Shown: in pieces, positions 55,304 through 64,000 of the stretch
Position numbering within the stretch: position 1 is the stretch's first letter
How the letters are laid out: every line of letters starts with the position of its first letter
Assembly: GCA_040390125.1 (NCBI GenBank)
Contig: JAZJYZ010000001.1
Coordinates: forward strand, 307,026-371,025
Length of the DNA stretch: 64,000 bases
Direction: 5' to 3'
Source: Patescibacteria group bacterium
GTDB taxonomy: Bacteria; Patescibacteriota; Minisyncoccia; Phycocordibacterales; Phycocordibacteraceae
The notes under the pieces: generated by a model
Told to the model about the DNA's origin: nothing
What the model saw: only the letters and a program-made list of their open reading frames with translations
Databases searched by the model: none
Made by a program: the position numbers and the translations under genes

Positions 55304-55672
55304 ATGAAAGGATTTTTAAAAACAAGTATTGCGACTGTAGTAGCGTTCGCTCCTCTTGCGGTGTTTGCTGCTGATGCTCAAAATGCCCTGTCAAAGATTG
55401 GTGCCCTCATAACACAAGCAACGCCAATCGTTGTAGCGCTCGCACTGCTCGCATTCTTCTGGGGCTTGGTTACTTACATCTTTGGCTCTTCAAATGATGA
55501 TAAGCGAAAGAAGGGTATTCACATTATGATTTGGGGTATCATCGCTCTTTTCGTGATGCTTTCAGTGTTCGGTATCATTAGAGCTCTTCAAAGCACTTTG
55601 GAACTCGATACGAGCGGAAGTATTAATATTCCTAAGGTTAATACTTCCGGAGGCGGTAGTGTCTCACAGTAA
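55304..55672 (+). CDS. T4SS-pilin-like small membrane protein, paralog 4
   Basis: 122 aa. Signal peptide, then LALLAFFWGLVTYIFGSSNDDKRKKGIHIMIWGIIALFVMLSVFGII, which is ~75% identical to paralog 3 across the core. Confidence 0.55.
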   Translation: MKGFLKTSIATVVAFAPLAVFAADAQNALSKIGALITQATPIVVALALLAFFWGLVTYIFGSSNDDKRKKGIHIMIWGIIALFVMLSVFGIIRALQSTLELDTSGSINIPKVNTSGGGSVSQ

Positions 55673-55775
55673 AAGTTCTTAGATTGTTCTGTAGTGACAA
55701 AACATCAGCGACAAAACTAACGTCGCTGATGTTTTGTCCGACTTTTCTCTCAAGGTATTGAAAGTAGAATAAGTT

Positions 55776-56033
55776 ATGGATGTTCTTTCTAACTTCATAG
55801 GTAAGATTGTCGAGCTCATACTCACGCCCATAATGGCGCTCCTTTTTGCCTTGGCGATGTTTTACTTCATCAACGGCTTGATTACATTCATCGCACAGGC
55901 AGACAATGCGGCAGAGAGAGCAAAAGGGACGAGGCACCTTTTCTGGGGGCTCATTGGTTTCTTTATAATGGTGTGTGTGATTGGAATTCTTACCGCTGTA
56001 ACTGGAACCTTCGGGGTGAGTTTACCGAAATGA
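55776..56033 (+). CDS. T4SS-pilin-like small membrane protein, paralog 5 (no signal peptide)
   Basis: 85 aa. Two hydrophobic helices flank QADNAAERAKGTRH. Followed by a terminator. Confidence 0.5.
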   Translation: MDVLSNFIGKIVELILTPIMALLFALAMFYFINGLITFIAQADNAAERAKGTRHLFWGLIGFFIMVCVIGILTAVTGTFGVSLPK

Positions 56034-56047
56034 GTTAACGAGAGAAA

Positions 56048-56073
56048 CAAAAACCCCGATTGATCGGGGTTTT
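56048..56073 (+). terminator. Rho-independent terminator (AAAAACCCCGAT-TGAT-CGGGGTTTTT)
   Basis: A GC stem with flanking A and T runs, immediately after the last gene of the pilin array. Confidence 0.8.
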
Positions 56074-56089
56074 TGTATTTGAAGTGTCT

Positions 56090-56313
56090 GCACTGAGTGA
56101 GTCATCGAATCGAAGTCTGGGCGAAGAAGGACTTGGTCACGAGTTACTAAGCATTTTGCTCCGTGTTTACTCCAAGTGAGTCTTTGGATTAAGTGCCCTT
56201 CGACTACTCTCACCCTTCGATTAAACTCAGGGTTTCGCTTCGCTCAGGGTACTTCGTCTCTCTTGCTCACATTTGCCCAGTGTTTACACTGAGCGAGCTT
56301 GCGAGTCGAAGTG
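56090..56313 (-). mobile_element. tRNA-Leu(TAG)-associated element. It holds a direct copy of the tRNA 3' end (tgggcgaagaaggacttgg, 56118-56136), the shared cgtgaccaa block, and two copies of the cactgagcgag...cgaagtg motif (56090-56117 and 56289-56313)
   Basis: In the tRNA orientation the layout is tRNA 3' end, then cacttcgactcgcaagctcgctcagtg, then a ~170-bp spacer, then cgtgacca, then agtccttcttcgccca, then gacttcgattcgatgactcactcagtg. This is the same architecture as the Ser, Lys and Val loci. Confidence 0.4.
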
Positions 56314-56395
56314 TGGGCGGAAGAGGACTTGAACCTCCACCCCTTGCGGGACTAGCTCCTAAGGCTAGCGCGTCTGCCAATTTCGCCATCCGCCC
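56314..56395 (-). tRNA. tRNA-Leu (anticodon TAG), class II
   Basis: Read on the reverse complement: acceptor GGGCGGA/TCCGCCC, anticodon stem CTAGC/GCTAG with loop CTTAGGA, long variable arm, T-arm GGAGG-TTCAAGT-CCTCT. Confidence 0.85.
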
Positions 56396-56553
56396 AATCC
56401 TCGAACAGTATCATTAGACGCAGTTCTATTCAAAGATTTACGCTTTTAAAATGTTCTTATTTCTGTTAGAGTTTCCGAATCCGCCCGTAAGCATAGCTTT
56501 CGGGCGCTTCATTCGAAGATAATGAAAATTAATTTTCATTATCCTTCTCATTC

Positions 56554-56626
56554 GCGCCCGTAGCTCAGTTGGTAGAGCGACTCCCTCTTAAGGAGACGGT
56601 CGTAGGTTCGAGCCCTACCGGGCGCA
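56554..56626 (+). tRNA. tRNA-Lys (anticodon CTT), no encoded CCA
   Basis: Acceptor GCGCCCG/CGGGCGC. D-arm GCTC-AGTTGGTA-GAGC. Anticodon stem ACTCC/GGAGA with loop CTCTTAA. T-arm GTAGG-TTCGAGC-CCTAC. Confidence 0.9.
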
Positions 56627-56628
56627 CA

Positions 56629-56814
56629 ATATAAAAACAGCACACAGGTGCTGTTTTTATATTGTGCGCCCGAGCAAGCGAATAGTTTCGCTTGCGTGTG
56701 GGACTCGAAAAGTGGAGTGTTACTTTCTGTTTCAGAAAGTCACGAGCTGGGGTCGAGGAAATTTACGAACGTAGGTGAGAAAATTATCCGTGACCGAGCC
56801 CTACCGGGCGCACA
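56629..56814 (+). mobile_element. tRNA-Lys-associated miniature element (166 bp), bounded by an exact 20-nt direct repeat of the tRNA 3' end (cgagccctaccgggcgcaca at 56609-56628 and 56795-56814)
   Basis: It contains a terminator hairpin (56634-56658). It contains an inverted T-arm copy (gggactcgaa). It contains the blocks ggggtcgagga and aaaattatccgtgaccga, which are shared with the tRNA-Val element. Confidence 0.45.
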
Positions 56815-56817
56815 TAT

Positions 56818-57375
56818 TTAAAACTCATACACATAGAGTTTATGTGGGTGTTTGCCAGTTCCCACAATTACCATCTCTATAGGTTCTTTTGTTTTGAAAG
56901 GGAAGTCGCACGAAACAACACGAGTTCCTTTTTTCAATTCCGCTTCGAACTTTGGTAACAGCTTCTGTACGACGTCAGGAAAGAGATACATGTAGATATG
57001 TGTCGCATTGTGGAGTGGCACACGTGAGAAATTTCTAAATAGAGTTTTTACGTTTTTGAGAGGTTTAAACCAGAAACGAATTTGGGTGAAGGTGTAGGGT
57101 AGTGGTGCTTTCTCAACGCCTGTCGCAAAAGCATCTGGGTACGCTGTGCCCATTGTTGCAATGACACGCCCATCTCCAGAGCCAAGATCATAGAATTGAT
57201 CGCCCGCTTTCATGGGGAGTAACCGTTTTACCTCATCAACTACATACTGAGGTATTGGTACGTACGGGACTCTCGTTGTTACGATTCCGTAGCTCATGAA
57301 GACTAAGAAGATGAAACAAATGAACCATATAAGAGTGAGCACTGCGTAGAGTGTCAGAATGAGAAACATAGTCAT
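56818..57375 (-). CDS. Class I SAM-dependent methyltransferase with N-terminal TM helix
   Basis: 185 aa. Contains YDLGSGDGRV (motif I) and an acidic motif II candidate. Confidence 0.55.
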   Translation of the reverse strand: MTMFLILTLYAVLTLIWFICFIFLVFMSYGIVTTRVPYVPIPQYVVDEVKRLLPMKAGDQFYDLGSGDGRVIATMGTAYPDAFATGVEKAPLPYTFTQIRFWFKPLKNVKTLFRNFSRVPLHNATHIYMYLFPDVVQKLLPKFEAELKKGTRVVSCDFPFKTKEPIEMVIVGTGKHPHKLYVYEF

Positions 57376-57409
57376 ATATGCGAGGTAGTATAGCTTATCT
57401 TTTTCTTAG

Positions 57410-57491
57410 TGCCCGGGGTGAGACTCGAACTCACACTCCTTACGGAACTCGATCTTAAGTCGAGCGCGGCTACCGATTACGCCACCCGGGC
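57410..57491 (-). tRNA. tRNA-Leu (anticodon TAA), class II
   Basis: Read on the reverse complement: acceptor GCCCGGG/CCCGGGC, anticodon stem CTCGA/TCGAG with loop CTTAAGA, long variable arm, T-arm GTGAG-TTCGAGT-CTCAC. Confidence 0.85.
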
Positions 57492-57959
57492 AGGTTTCTT
57501 ATTTTTACCACGATGAGTTGGTTTCAAGCTATGGCAGTTGGGGCAAAGCACTCTGAGGTTACTAAGTCTATTGTCCCTACTGTCTCCATTGATATGGTCC
57601 AACTCAAGAGGAATTCTACCGTCATCAGAGGTTTTTGCCCATCCGCATTCTTCACAACACTTTTCTTTTAAATTTGCTTTATAGAGTCTTCTTTTAAGTT
57701 TAAAGCTTTGAAAATCGACATTTTTTCTTAGGAGTTCTTTAAGTGGTCGTTCGTTGGTATGTGGTCGCTTAATACCTTTTAACCACCCTTTCCCCGTGAA
57801 ATGTTGTGTAGATATTTTTAGGTCTCTAATTCGTTTCTGTATTTGGACGTAGTTGCCACCTGCTGGAATTAGACTTAGACATTTCAAAACAGCTCGAATG
57901 CTTCGCGATTCACGTACCGCTTGTTTTAATTGGGCGTCATTCCAAGATTTTCTTCGCAT
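57477..57959 (-). CDS. Free-standing HNH endonuclease (homing-endonuclease-like)
   Basis: 160 aa. LELDHINGDSRDNRLSNLRVLCPNCH is the HNH motif with a CxxC...CxxC zinc finger. Its 3' end overlaps the first 15 nt of tRNA-Leu(TAA). Confidence 0.7.
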   Translation of the reverse strand: MRRKSWNDAQLKQAVRESRSIRAVLKCLSLIPAGGNYVQIQKRIRDLKISTQHFTGKGWLKGIKRPHTNERPLKELLRKNVDFQSFKLKRRLYKANLKEKCCEECGWAKTSDDGRIPLELDHINGDSRDNRLSNLRVLCPNCHSLKPTHRGKNKKPARVA

Positions 57960-58046
57960 TATTGTATAAAAGTATCATATTAAGGTAGACGCTCCATTAC
58001 TTATAAACACAAAATCATCTATAAAACCAAAGAAAATTATAACTGG

Positions 58047-58119
58047 AGGCCACGGCGGGAATCGAACCCGCGCAATATCGGTTTTGCAAACCGCTGCGTT
58101 TCCACTTCGCCACGTGGCC
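58047..58119 (-). tRNA. tRNA-Cys (anticodon GCA); CCA appears encoded (58044-58046)
   Basis: Read on the reverse complement: acceptor GGCCACG/CGTGGCC, anticodon loop TTGCAAA, T-arm GCGGG-TTCGATT-CCCGC, discriminator U followed by CCA. Confidence 0.85.
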
Positions 58120-58207
58120 TATGTGACTACAATACTACACTGACAAGCGAGAAAGAAGGAATGTGTTTACACATTTCTTTTTCGAGTGCCGTCAGTGAAA
58201 GCTCTGC

Positions 58208-58534
58208 TTAGGCTTGAGAGCTTCCCTCAACGCTCTCACCCATGTCAGGGTCAGGAAGAAAAGTGACTCTCGGGATGGTGTGTAATCGTGCTTGTGTCTT
58301 TAAGAATGCAAGAAACTCTTGTCGTTGGCGTGATAGGAAATCTGCAACGGCGTGTGTCTGGTCTTTTGGCATCACACTTACAAAGATGCGTGCCATTTTC
58401 CCGCCATCGGCAATTTGTACTTTTGTGACGGTAACGAGCGAACGCCGGTTTGATTCACGGTTGATAAAGTTTGCCGCTGCCGCACTTAATGCTGAAACAA
58501 AGCGCTCGTCTCTATGAATCTGGTCTCGTGGCAT
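58208..58534 (-). CDS. rbfA: Ribosome-binding factor A
   Basis: 108 aa. The KH-like fold motif INRESNRRSLVTVTKVQIADGGKMARIFVSV is present, and the gene lies directly downstream of infB. Confidence 0.8.
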   Translation of the reverse strand: MPRDQIHRDERFVSALSAAAANFINRESNRRSLVTVTKVQIADGGKMARIFVSVMPKDQTHAVADFLSRQRQEFLAFLKTQARLHTIPRVTFLPDPDMGESVEGSSQA

Positions 58535-58537
58535 GCT

Positions 58538-60037
58538 TCAGGATTTTTTGTGCATTGCACTTATGGTGTCACCAGAAACGATATCGGCTTTTGATTCCAC
58601 CTGTGCACCGAACTCCATTCCCTCGGGAACTGAATCAACGTCGGCACGTTGCATTTGAAGGTTGGTAATCTTGCCGGCTCCCACTTCAATGCCACGGCGA
58701 ATGATCATAACTTGATCTTTCAAATGAACGACGCCGGTCAATACTTTCCCGCCAACGACATGCTTTGCGCCTGCGCTTGAGAAGTGTTTTATGATGTGTG
58801 CGGTTCCAGAAATAGCATCTCCTTCCACTTCTGGTTTGTATTGCTTGATTTCTTCTTTCAACCAGTCACCGAGTTCGTAGATGATCGAACGGGTTTCAAG
58901 TGTGATGTGCTGTCTCTCTGCGAGATCTTTAGCAGAGGTGTCTGCTTTCACGTTAAAGCCAAGGACAATGGCAGGGGAGAATCCAATAAACGGCCTAATG
59001 TCATTATCAGAAATAGGCCCTACGTTTGCCGAGACGACATGCAGTTCAATGCCTTCTTCGGAGACTTTTGCGAGTTCATGTTCTAAGGCTTCGAGAGAGC
59101 CAGCAGTATCTGCTTTGAGGGCGAGGCGAATGAGAGTTCGTTTTTCAGGGGCGTCTCCCGTAGCTCCTTCTCTTGGTTTTGCCTGGGTCGGTCGTTTTGC
59201 TTCGTCTACAAATCTTTCTGCCTCTTTCTTTGTTTTGACCAGAATGAGTGTGGTTCCTACACGTGGTTCTGAATCAAATCCGGTAATGCGTGCTGGTTTA
59301 CCGCAAGAAATTTCTTTTACCTTTGCTCCAGTGAAGTCTTCTAGCGTGCGTAGTGGTGCCATTGCGCTTCCTGCCACGGCAAAGCCTCCAAGGGTTACTG
59401 TGCCCGCACGGATGATGACGGTGGCACTGATGCCTGCTTTTGGATCACGAGCAGATTCAAGCACTACGGCCTCAACGTCTTTTGTCTTGTCGCAGGTAAT
59501 GTTATGGAGGTCTGAAACGAGTCCAATGAGATCGAGAAGTTCAGGTACGCCAGCTCCTGTTTTCCCAGAAACTCCCACAAAAGGAATTTCACCCCCTAGG
59601 CCTTCGAGGTAGATACCGTTCTTCATTACGCTTTCTTTTGCACGCTCCAACGTGGCAGTGTCTTTATCAATTTTTGTGAAGGCGACAATAAAAGGAATAC
59701 CTGCCGCAAGTATTGCTTTGTGAGCTTCAAGTGTCTGGGGTTTTACACCGTCGTCAGCTGCAACAATAAGAATAGCGATGTCAGCGGAAGCACCAGCTCG
59801 AGCTCGCATCTTTTGGAACGCTTCATGGCCCGGAGTATCAATGAAGGTAATGTTGCGTACCCCCTCAGCCCCAGTATGAGTGACTTCATATGCGGAGACT
59901 CGTTGAGTAATTCCTCCTGTCTCTTTTGCAGCAACTGATGATTTGCGTATGTAGTCTAAAAGCGTCGTCTTTCCATGGTCAATGTGTCCCACAATGGCGA
60001 CGACTGGTTGTTTGCAGATGTTTGAGGTATCGGACAT
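58538..60037 (-). CDS. infB: Translation initiation factor IF-2 (short form without the N-terminal extension)
   Basis: 499 aa. Contains [17 protein letters not shown] and the NKID G-domain motifs, plus domain II/C1/C2 (beta-barrel) segments. Confidence 0.92.
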   Translation of the reverse strand: MSDTSNICKQPVVAIVGHIDHGKTTLLDYIRKSSVAAKETGGITQRVSAYEVTHTGAEGVRNITFIDTPGHEAFQKMRARAGASADIAILIVAADDGVKPQTLEAHKAILAAGIPFIVAFTKIDKDTATLERAKESVMKNGIYLEGLGGEIPFVGVSGKTGAGVPELLDLIGLVSDLHNITCDKTKDVEAVVLESARDPKAGISATVIIRAGTVTLGGFAVAGSAMAPLRTLEDFTGAKVKEISCGKPARITGFDSEPRVGTTLILVKTKKEAERFVDEAKRPTQAKPREGATGDAPEKRTLIRLALKADTAGSLEALEHELAKVSEEGIELHVVSANVGPISDNDIRPFIGFSPAIVLGFNVKADTSAKDLAERQHITLETRSIIYELGDWLKEEIKQYKPEVEGDAISGTAHIIKHFSSAGAKHVVGGKVLTGVVHLKDQVMIIRRGIEVGAGKITNLQMQRADVDSVPEGMEFGAQVESKADIVSGDTISAMHKKS

Positions 60038-60135
60038 CTGCGAAGAATGCCACGAAATCTTTAAATTTTCAATATTTTAAGCCTCAATTTTCAAACTGAC
60101 AGTATCAGTGAAAATTGTACATTGAACCTTAAAAA

Positions 60136-60642
60136 TTATGTTTTAACTTTAAGATTATTTTTCGCTTCTTCGATTGCTCCCTTTTCTTCTTCAGACAGCT
60201 CACGTTCGGATACAAATTTTTTCACCGCTTTGGCGTATACACGTACTCCGTCTCTCGCATGAATGCCCGAAAGTACGGTGCCATCTCCTTGCTCATTAAG
60301 TAGTGCAACAATGAAGCTCTGCTGACCGCCTTCTCCGCCAAATGGGTCGAATCGTCGAACCGCTATTCCACGGATAGATTTTTCTAGACGCGCATCAATG
60401 TTGTCGAATGCGGTGGCTGATTTGAGTGCATGTGCTTCAAGTTCCCCGACACGTTCCTGTAATTTTCGAATAGTACCCTCAAGTGTTTTTCCATCGCCAC
60501 CACGCACCAATCGTCTGAGTCTCCGAAATAGAAAGAAATCTTGAATGAGAGCCCACACTACAAGAATAGTGAGTCCTGAAAGCACAGGATTTCCTTCAAT
60601 TGCTTCGATGATGTGTTGCACGACGATATCAGCACCTTCCAT
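60136..60642 (-). CDS. DUF4446-family protein
   Basis: 168 aa. N-terminal TM helix, then ...RFDPFGGEGGQQSFIVALLNEQGDGTVLSGIHARDGVRVYAKAV, consistent with DUF4446. Confidence 0.5.
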   Translation of the reverse strand: MEGADIVVQHIIEAIEGNPVLSGLTILVVWALIQDFFLFRRLRRLVRGGDGKTLEGTIRKLQERVGELEAHALKSATAFDNIDARLEKSIRGIAVRRFDPFGGEGGQQSFIVALLNEQGDGTVLSGIHARDGVRVYAKAVKKFVSERELSEEEKGAIEEAKNNLKVKT

Positions 60643-60715
60643 ATAGTGTAAAAGTATACCTTATGAAAATTGAAAATTTCGTACTCTGCTTTCTCGAGTT
60701 ATTATAGTAAAAGCT

Positions 60716-61936
60716 ATGTCCGATAATCATCGCATCTATCTCGATAACGCCTCCTCGACGCCAGTGCATCCAAAAGTTGCGAGAGCGGTGTATATGGCAC
60801 TTGAAGACATTTCAGGTAACCCGAGTGCCCCAAACACGGAAGGCCGAAAGGCGTATGAAGCAATAGAAAGAGCTCGCAAACAAATCGCTGACAGTCTCAA
60901 AGTTAAATCAGAAGAACTTCTGTTTACTTCAGGTGGCACTGAATCAAATAATCTTGCGATTCTTGGGCTTGCTGAAGCATTGCATTCAAAAGGGATCGAG
61001 TATTCGAAAATTCACATAGTGACGAGCACCGTTGAGCACAGCTCCATTTTGAAGACGCTCGAGATTCTGGAGTCTAGAGGAGTCCTCGTGATCTATGTCG
61101 ACCCTGATTTCGATGGGATTGTTCGTGCGGATTCTATTGTGGGTGCCATTACTCCTCAAACGGCTCTGGTAACTCTGGCACATGTGAACAGCGAAACAGG
61201 CATCATTCAGCCTCTCTCTGACATCAGTACGGAAATACTTCGATGGAAAGGTCGAGAAATAAGTGCATTTAAAAACTTGGTACCGGAGGCGTCCTTTCCG
61301 ATATTTCATATCGATGCCGCACAGTCACCACTGTACTTGGATGCAAGCCCCCATGCCTTTCGTGGAGATTTAGTTTCATATGATGCGCAAAAGTTGCGTG
61401 GCCCCAAAGGTATTGGTGTTTTGTTTCGTGATTTTTCCGTGCCACTTGTGCCAGTGTGGGGTGGAGGTACGCAAGAGAGAGGTATTCGTCCCGGAACTGA
61501 AAACGTTGCTGGAATCGTTGGTGCAGGAGTTGCATTTTCACTTGCGAAAGAAGGAAGAGCCGAGAGGGAAGTTCGTATTCGGGAACTCCGTGATTACTTA
61601 ATTGAATTGGTACTCCATGCTGTGCCGGACGCTGAATTAATCGGGCATCCAAAACGTCGCATTGCATCAAATGCGCTTTTTACGATTCCTGGAGCGGATG
61701 GCGATTATCTTTCGGTTCTCATGGATGAGGCAGGTGTGGCAGTTTCTCCACGGAGCGCCTGTGTTGGTACTGGTGGAAATATATCGCATGTAGTCATGGC
61801 GTTAACGGGCGATGAAAAAAAAGCAAAAGGAACTATACGTTTCTCCCTTGGAGTGGATACAACAAAAATTGACATTGAGCACGCCGTTTCTGCCCTCAAA
61901 GCTGTCCTCACCGTCGCCCGGTCGGGTCTCCACTAA
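60716..61936 (+). CDS. Cysteine desulfurase (aminotransferase class V, IscS/NifS-like)
   Basis: 406 aa. Contains FTSGGTESNN, the PLP-lysine region HIDAAQS, and the active-site Cys loop SPRSACVGTGGNISHV. Confidence 0.8.
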   Translation: MSDNHRIYLDNASSTPVHPKVARAVYMALEDISGNPSAPNTEGRKAYEAIERARKQIADSLKVKSEELLFTSGGTESNNLAILGLAEALHSKGIEYSKIHIVTSTVEHSSILKTLEILESRGVLVIYVDPDFDGIVRADSIVGAITPQTALVTLAHVNSETGIIQPLSDISTEILRWKGREISAFKNLVPEASFPIFHIDAAQSPLYLDASPHAFRGDLVSYDAQKLRGPKGIGVLFRDFSVPLVPVWGGGTQERGIRPGTENVAGIVGAGVAFSLAKEGRAEREVRIRELRDYLIELVLHAVPDAELIGHPKRRIASNALFTIPGADGDYLSVLMDEAGVAVSPRSACVGTGGNISHVVMALTGDEKKAKGTIRFSLGVDTTKIDIEHAVSALKAVLTVARSGLH

Positions 61937-62003
61937 TCTTTCACTCGCATTACTTGTTGTTCAAAGCTGAAAGCTGTAAGCTGAAAGCTAGAAGCTTCTG
62001 CAT

Positions 62004-62840
62004 ATGGATATCGAAGAGCTAACAAAATTTCAAATCGTCCTCCTCGTTCTTTTGGTGTCGTTCGTCACATCAATAGCGACTGGTATTGTGACTGTGTCAT
62101 TGCTTGCACAGGCGCCTCCAGGGGTGACACAAACTATCAATCAAGTTGTTGAGAGAACTATAGAAACGATAGTGCCTACAAATACAACGAATCCTGGTAC
62201 TACGAAAGAAACTACGGTTGTAGTGAAAGAGGATGACCTTATCACCGCTTCTATTTCACAGTCCCTCGGAAAGACTGGACGTGTCTTTGCTGGAATTTCT
62301 ACTACCACTCCAATTGTTGGTCTCGCTGCACAAATTGGACCTGCACTTTTTATTACGGATTCAAGTATCGTCGAGAAGGATCATCTTGTAGTTGTTGGTG
62401 CCACAACCGCAGTGTTTACGGTGTCACAGCGATTTCCTGAAATTGGTATTGCGACTCTTGTGCCAAAAACTTCCACGACCACTTTGGGAGCATCGTTCAA
62501 GATTGGTGATGTTGGTGCACTAAAGCTCGGAGCAACGACAGTAGCATTAGTAAGTGTCACTCAGGAGCGTGTTGCTATTGGTGCAGTAGCTTCCCGAACT
62601 GCCTCTACCGATGTTATTCCCGCAAAAGGTGTGGCACCAGTTTCAGTCAGGAATATAGACACCAACATAAATACAGCTCTTGTCTCAGGAACACCACTAG
62701 TGAATATTTTCGGAGATTTAGTCGGTATTCAAACGGGTGTCTCGCAACTTTCCGGAGGGGGCACCTTTATCGCTGTCAGTGATATCTTGGCACTTTTGAA
62801 AGCTTCTCAGGCGAGTTCCACACCAAAAGCTAGCTTCTAG
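62004..62840 (+). CDS. Membrane-anchored trypsin-like (S1C/HtrA-like) serine peptidase, divergent
   Basis: 278 aa. N-terminal TM helix. The C-terminal LVSGTPLVNIFGDLVGIQTG resembles GxSGGPLVN...G.IGINT around the catalytic Ser. Confidence 0.4.
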   Translation: MDIEELTKFQIVLLVLLVSFVTSIATGIVTVSLLAQAPPGVTQTINQVVERTIETIVPTNTTNPGTTKETTVVVKEDDLITASISQSLGKTGRVFAGISTTTPIVGLAAQIGPALFITDSSIVEKDHLVVVGATTAVFTVSQRFPEIGIATLVPKTSTTTLGASFKIGDVGALKLGATTVALVSVTQERVAIGAVASRTASTDVIPAKGVAPVSVRNIDTNINTALVSGTPLVNIFGDLVGIQTGVSQLSGGGTFIAVSDILALLKASQASSTPKASF

Positions 62841-62941
62841 CTTTTGGTGTGGGGCTGCTAGCTTTAATTTCAGAAAAGCTAGCACCTAGAAGCTTTTTCA
62901 TGTTTGTAACAAAATAATTACCCGAGTGGTATAATAGGCAT

Positions 62942-64000
62942 ATGCCTCCTCCATTCGGAAACTTCACAACGAAAGCAAAAGAAGCAGTACGCAAAGCCCA
63001 CGAGCTGGCTATTGAGCGTGGACAAAATCACGTAAGCTCACTGCACTTGGTGGGTGCTCTCGTGATGCAGGAAGAGTCAATTGTTCTGGCTATCTTAGAG
63101 CGACTCGACGTTGACACCGTTCTTTTTACGGATTCTGTTATCGAACTTCTTGAAGTTCCTCCAACTGGCTCAGTGTTGTCACCGTCGTATCAGTTGTATC
63201 TAACTCCCGATTTAGCACAAGCGCTCGAGTCTGCGGTCAAGATTGCCGGCTCATTCAACGAATCATTTGTCTCTGTCGAACACCTCTTCCTCGGTATCCT
63301 CGAACATCCAGGACCTGCTGCTGAGATTTTTAATCGGTTTCGCATTGATCGCAATGCGGTTGTTTCTGTCATGCAGGAATTTCGTGCAGGACGTACCACT
63401 GAAAGCGAAGCTCCGAAGAAAATGCGCGCCTTGGGAAAATACACTCGCAACCTTACAAAATTAGCGGCCGACAATAAGCTTGATCCTGTTATTGGTCGTG
63501 ACATTGAAATCAATCGAGTTATTCAAATTTTGTCCCGTCGTACAAAAAATAACCCGATTCTCATCGGAGAAGCGGGTGTTGGTAAAACTGCAATTGCGGA
63601 AGGGTTAGCTAGTCGTATGGCAGTAAATGATGTGCCGGAATCTCTGAAGGGGAAAGAACTTTTAATGCTTGATCTTGGTATGTTGATTGCTGGCACGAAG
63701 TACCGTGGCGAGTTCGAGGAACGCTTGAAGACCATAATGAAAGAAGTTGAAAAAGCCGATGGAAAAGTGATTTTGTTTGTTGATGAAATTCATACACTGG
63801 TTGGTGCCGGTGCCGCTGAAGGTGCAATGGATGCATCCAACATGCTCAAACCTGCATTAGCGCGTGGTGATTTCCGAGTAATTGGTGCTACGACACTGAA
63901 GGAGTACCAACAACACATTGAACGTGATCCTGCACTCACTCGGCGTTTCCAACCCGTGTTTGTCCAAGAGCCATCCGTTGAAGATGCTATTGCTATCCTT
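62942..64000 (+). CDS. clpB: ClpB/ClpC-type AAA+ chaperone, N-terminal part (runs off the window)
   Basis: Manual translation gives Clp_N repeats, then Walker [16 protein letters not shown], and Walker [15 protein letters not shown]. There is no stop codon before the window end. Confidence 0.88.
   Translation, partial: MPPPFGNFTTKAKEAVRKAHELAIERGQNHVSSLHLVGALVMQEESIVLAILERLDVDTVLFTDSVIELLEVPPTGSVLSPSYQLYLTPDLAQALESAVKIAGSFNESFVSVEHLFLGILEHPGPAAEIFNRFRIDRNAVVSVMQEFRAGRTTESEAPKKMRALGKYTRNLTKLAADNKLDPVIGRDIEINRVIQILSRRTKNNPILIGEAGVGKTAIAEGLASRMAVNDVPESLKGKELLMLDLGMLIAGTKYRGEFEERLKTIMKEVEKADGKVILFVDEIHTLVGAGAAEGAMDASNMLKPALARGDFRVIGATTLKEYQQHIERDPALTRRFQPVFVQEPSVEDAIAIL

Noticed and set aside
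63190-63836. Minus-strand ORFs 63190-63513, 63523-63735 and 63609-63836
   Set aside because: They are antisense to the clpB/clpC N-terminal coding region, which has unambiguous Clp_N and AAA+ motifs on the plus strand.

Overview
This 64-kb window comes from a small-genome bacterium with CPR/Patescibacteria-like traits. Evidence for that placement: short ValRS, IF-2 and S1; most tRNAs lack an encoded CCA; almost no Shine-Dalgarno signal is visible upstream of clear start codons; and there is a tandem array of five T4SS-pilin-like genes.

About 60 protein genes are mostly housekeeping: lemA-htpX, murJ, lepA, ftsA-ftsZ, ybeY-rpsU, lepB, pth, rpsA, gyrA, infB-rbfA, valS, tsaD, tsaC, orn, ahcY, trxB, a partial clpB/clpC, and a cysteine desulfurase. 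A small accessory block at 3-9 kb holds an XRE/DUF2975 pair, hydrolases, an ECF sigma factor, a PAS protein and stress membrane proteins. There are 11 tRNA genes: Ser-GGA, Gly-CCC, Arg-CCT, Phe-GAA, Val-GAC, Glu-TTC, Ser-CGA, Leu-TAG, Lys-CTT, Leu-TAA and Cys-GCA. A bacterial type-A RNase P RNA lies on the minus strand at 9228-9575.

The most unusual content is a dense population of short interspersed repeat families:
1. AGCT-rich 'agctgaaagct'-type palindromic repeats at 15 or more intergenic sites.
2. A two-hairpin ~30-nt element (GAUCC-CUGC-GGAUC + CGAYN-AGG-NRUCG) whose copies show compensatory base changes.
3. A 53-nt palindromic element present in 3 copies.
4. Identical 42-bp perfect palindromes bracketing a 3-kb segment.
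5. 155-260-bp elements immediately downstream of five tRNA genes. Each ends in a direct repeat of that tRNA's own 3' end (exact 20-21 nt for Ser and Lys), and each has an inverted T-arm copy near the tRNA side. This is the signature of miniature tRNA-3'-end-targeting integrative/MITE-like elements.

Repeat-derived segments are also inserted in frame into three essential genes (lepA, valS, tsaD), which is analogous to Rickettsia palindromic elements. Other points worth a second look: an HNH endonuclease inside a tRNA cluster, an archaeal cupin-type G6P isomerase, a frameshift at an A6 tract in a bPH_2 gene, two tandem small paralogs with a conserved 5' block, and two tiny paralogous peptide ORFs next to htpX.
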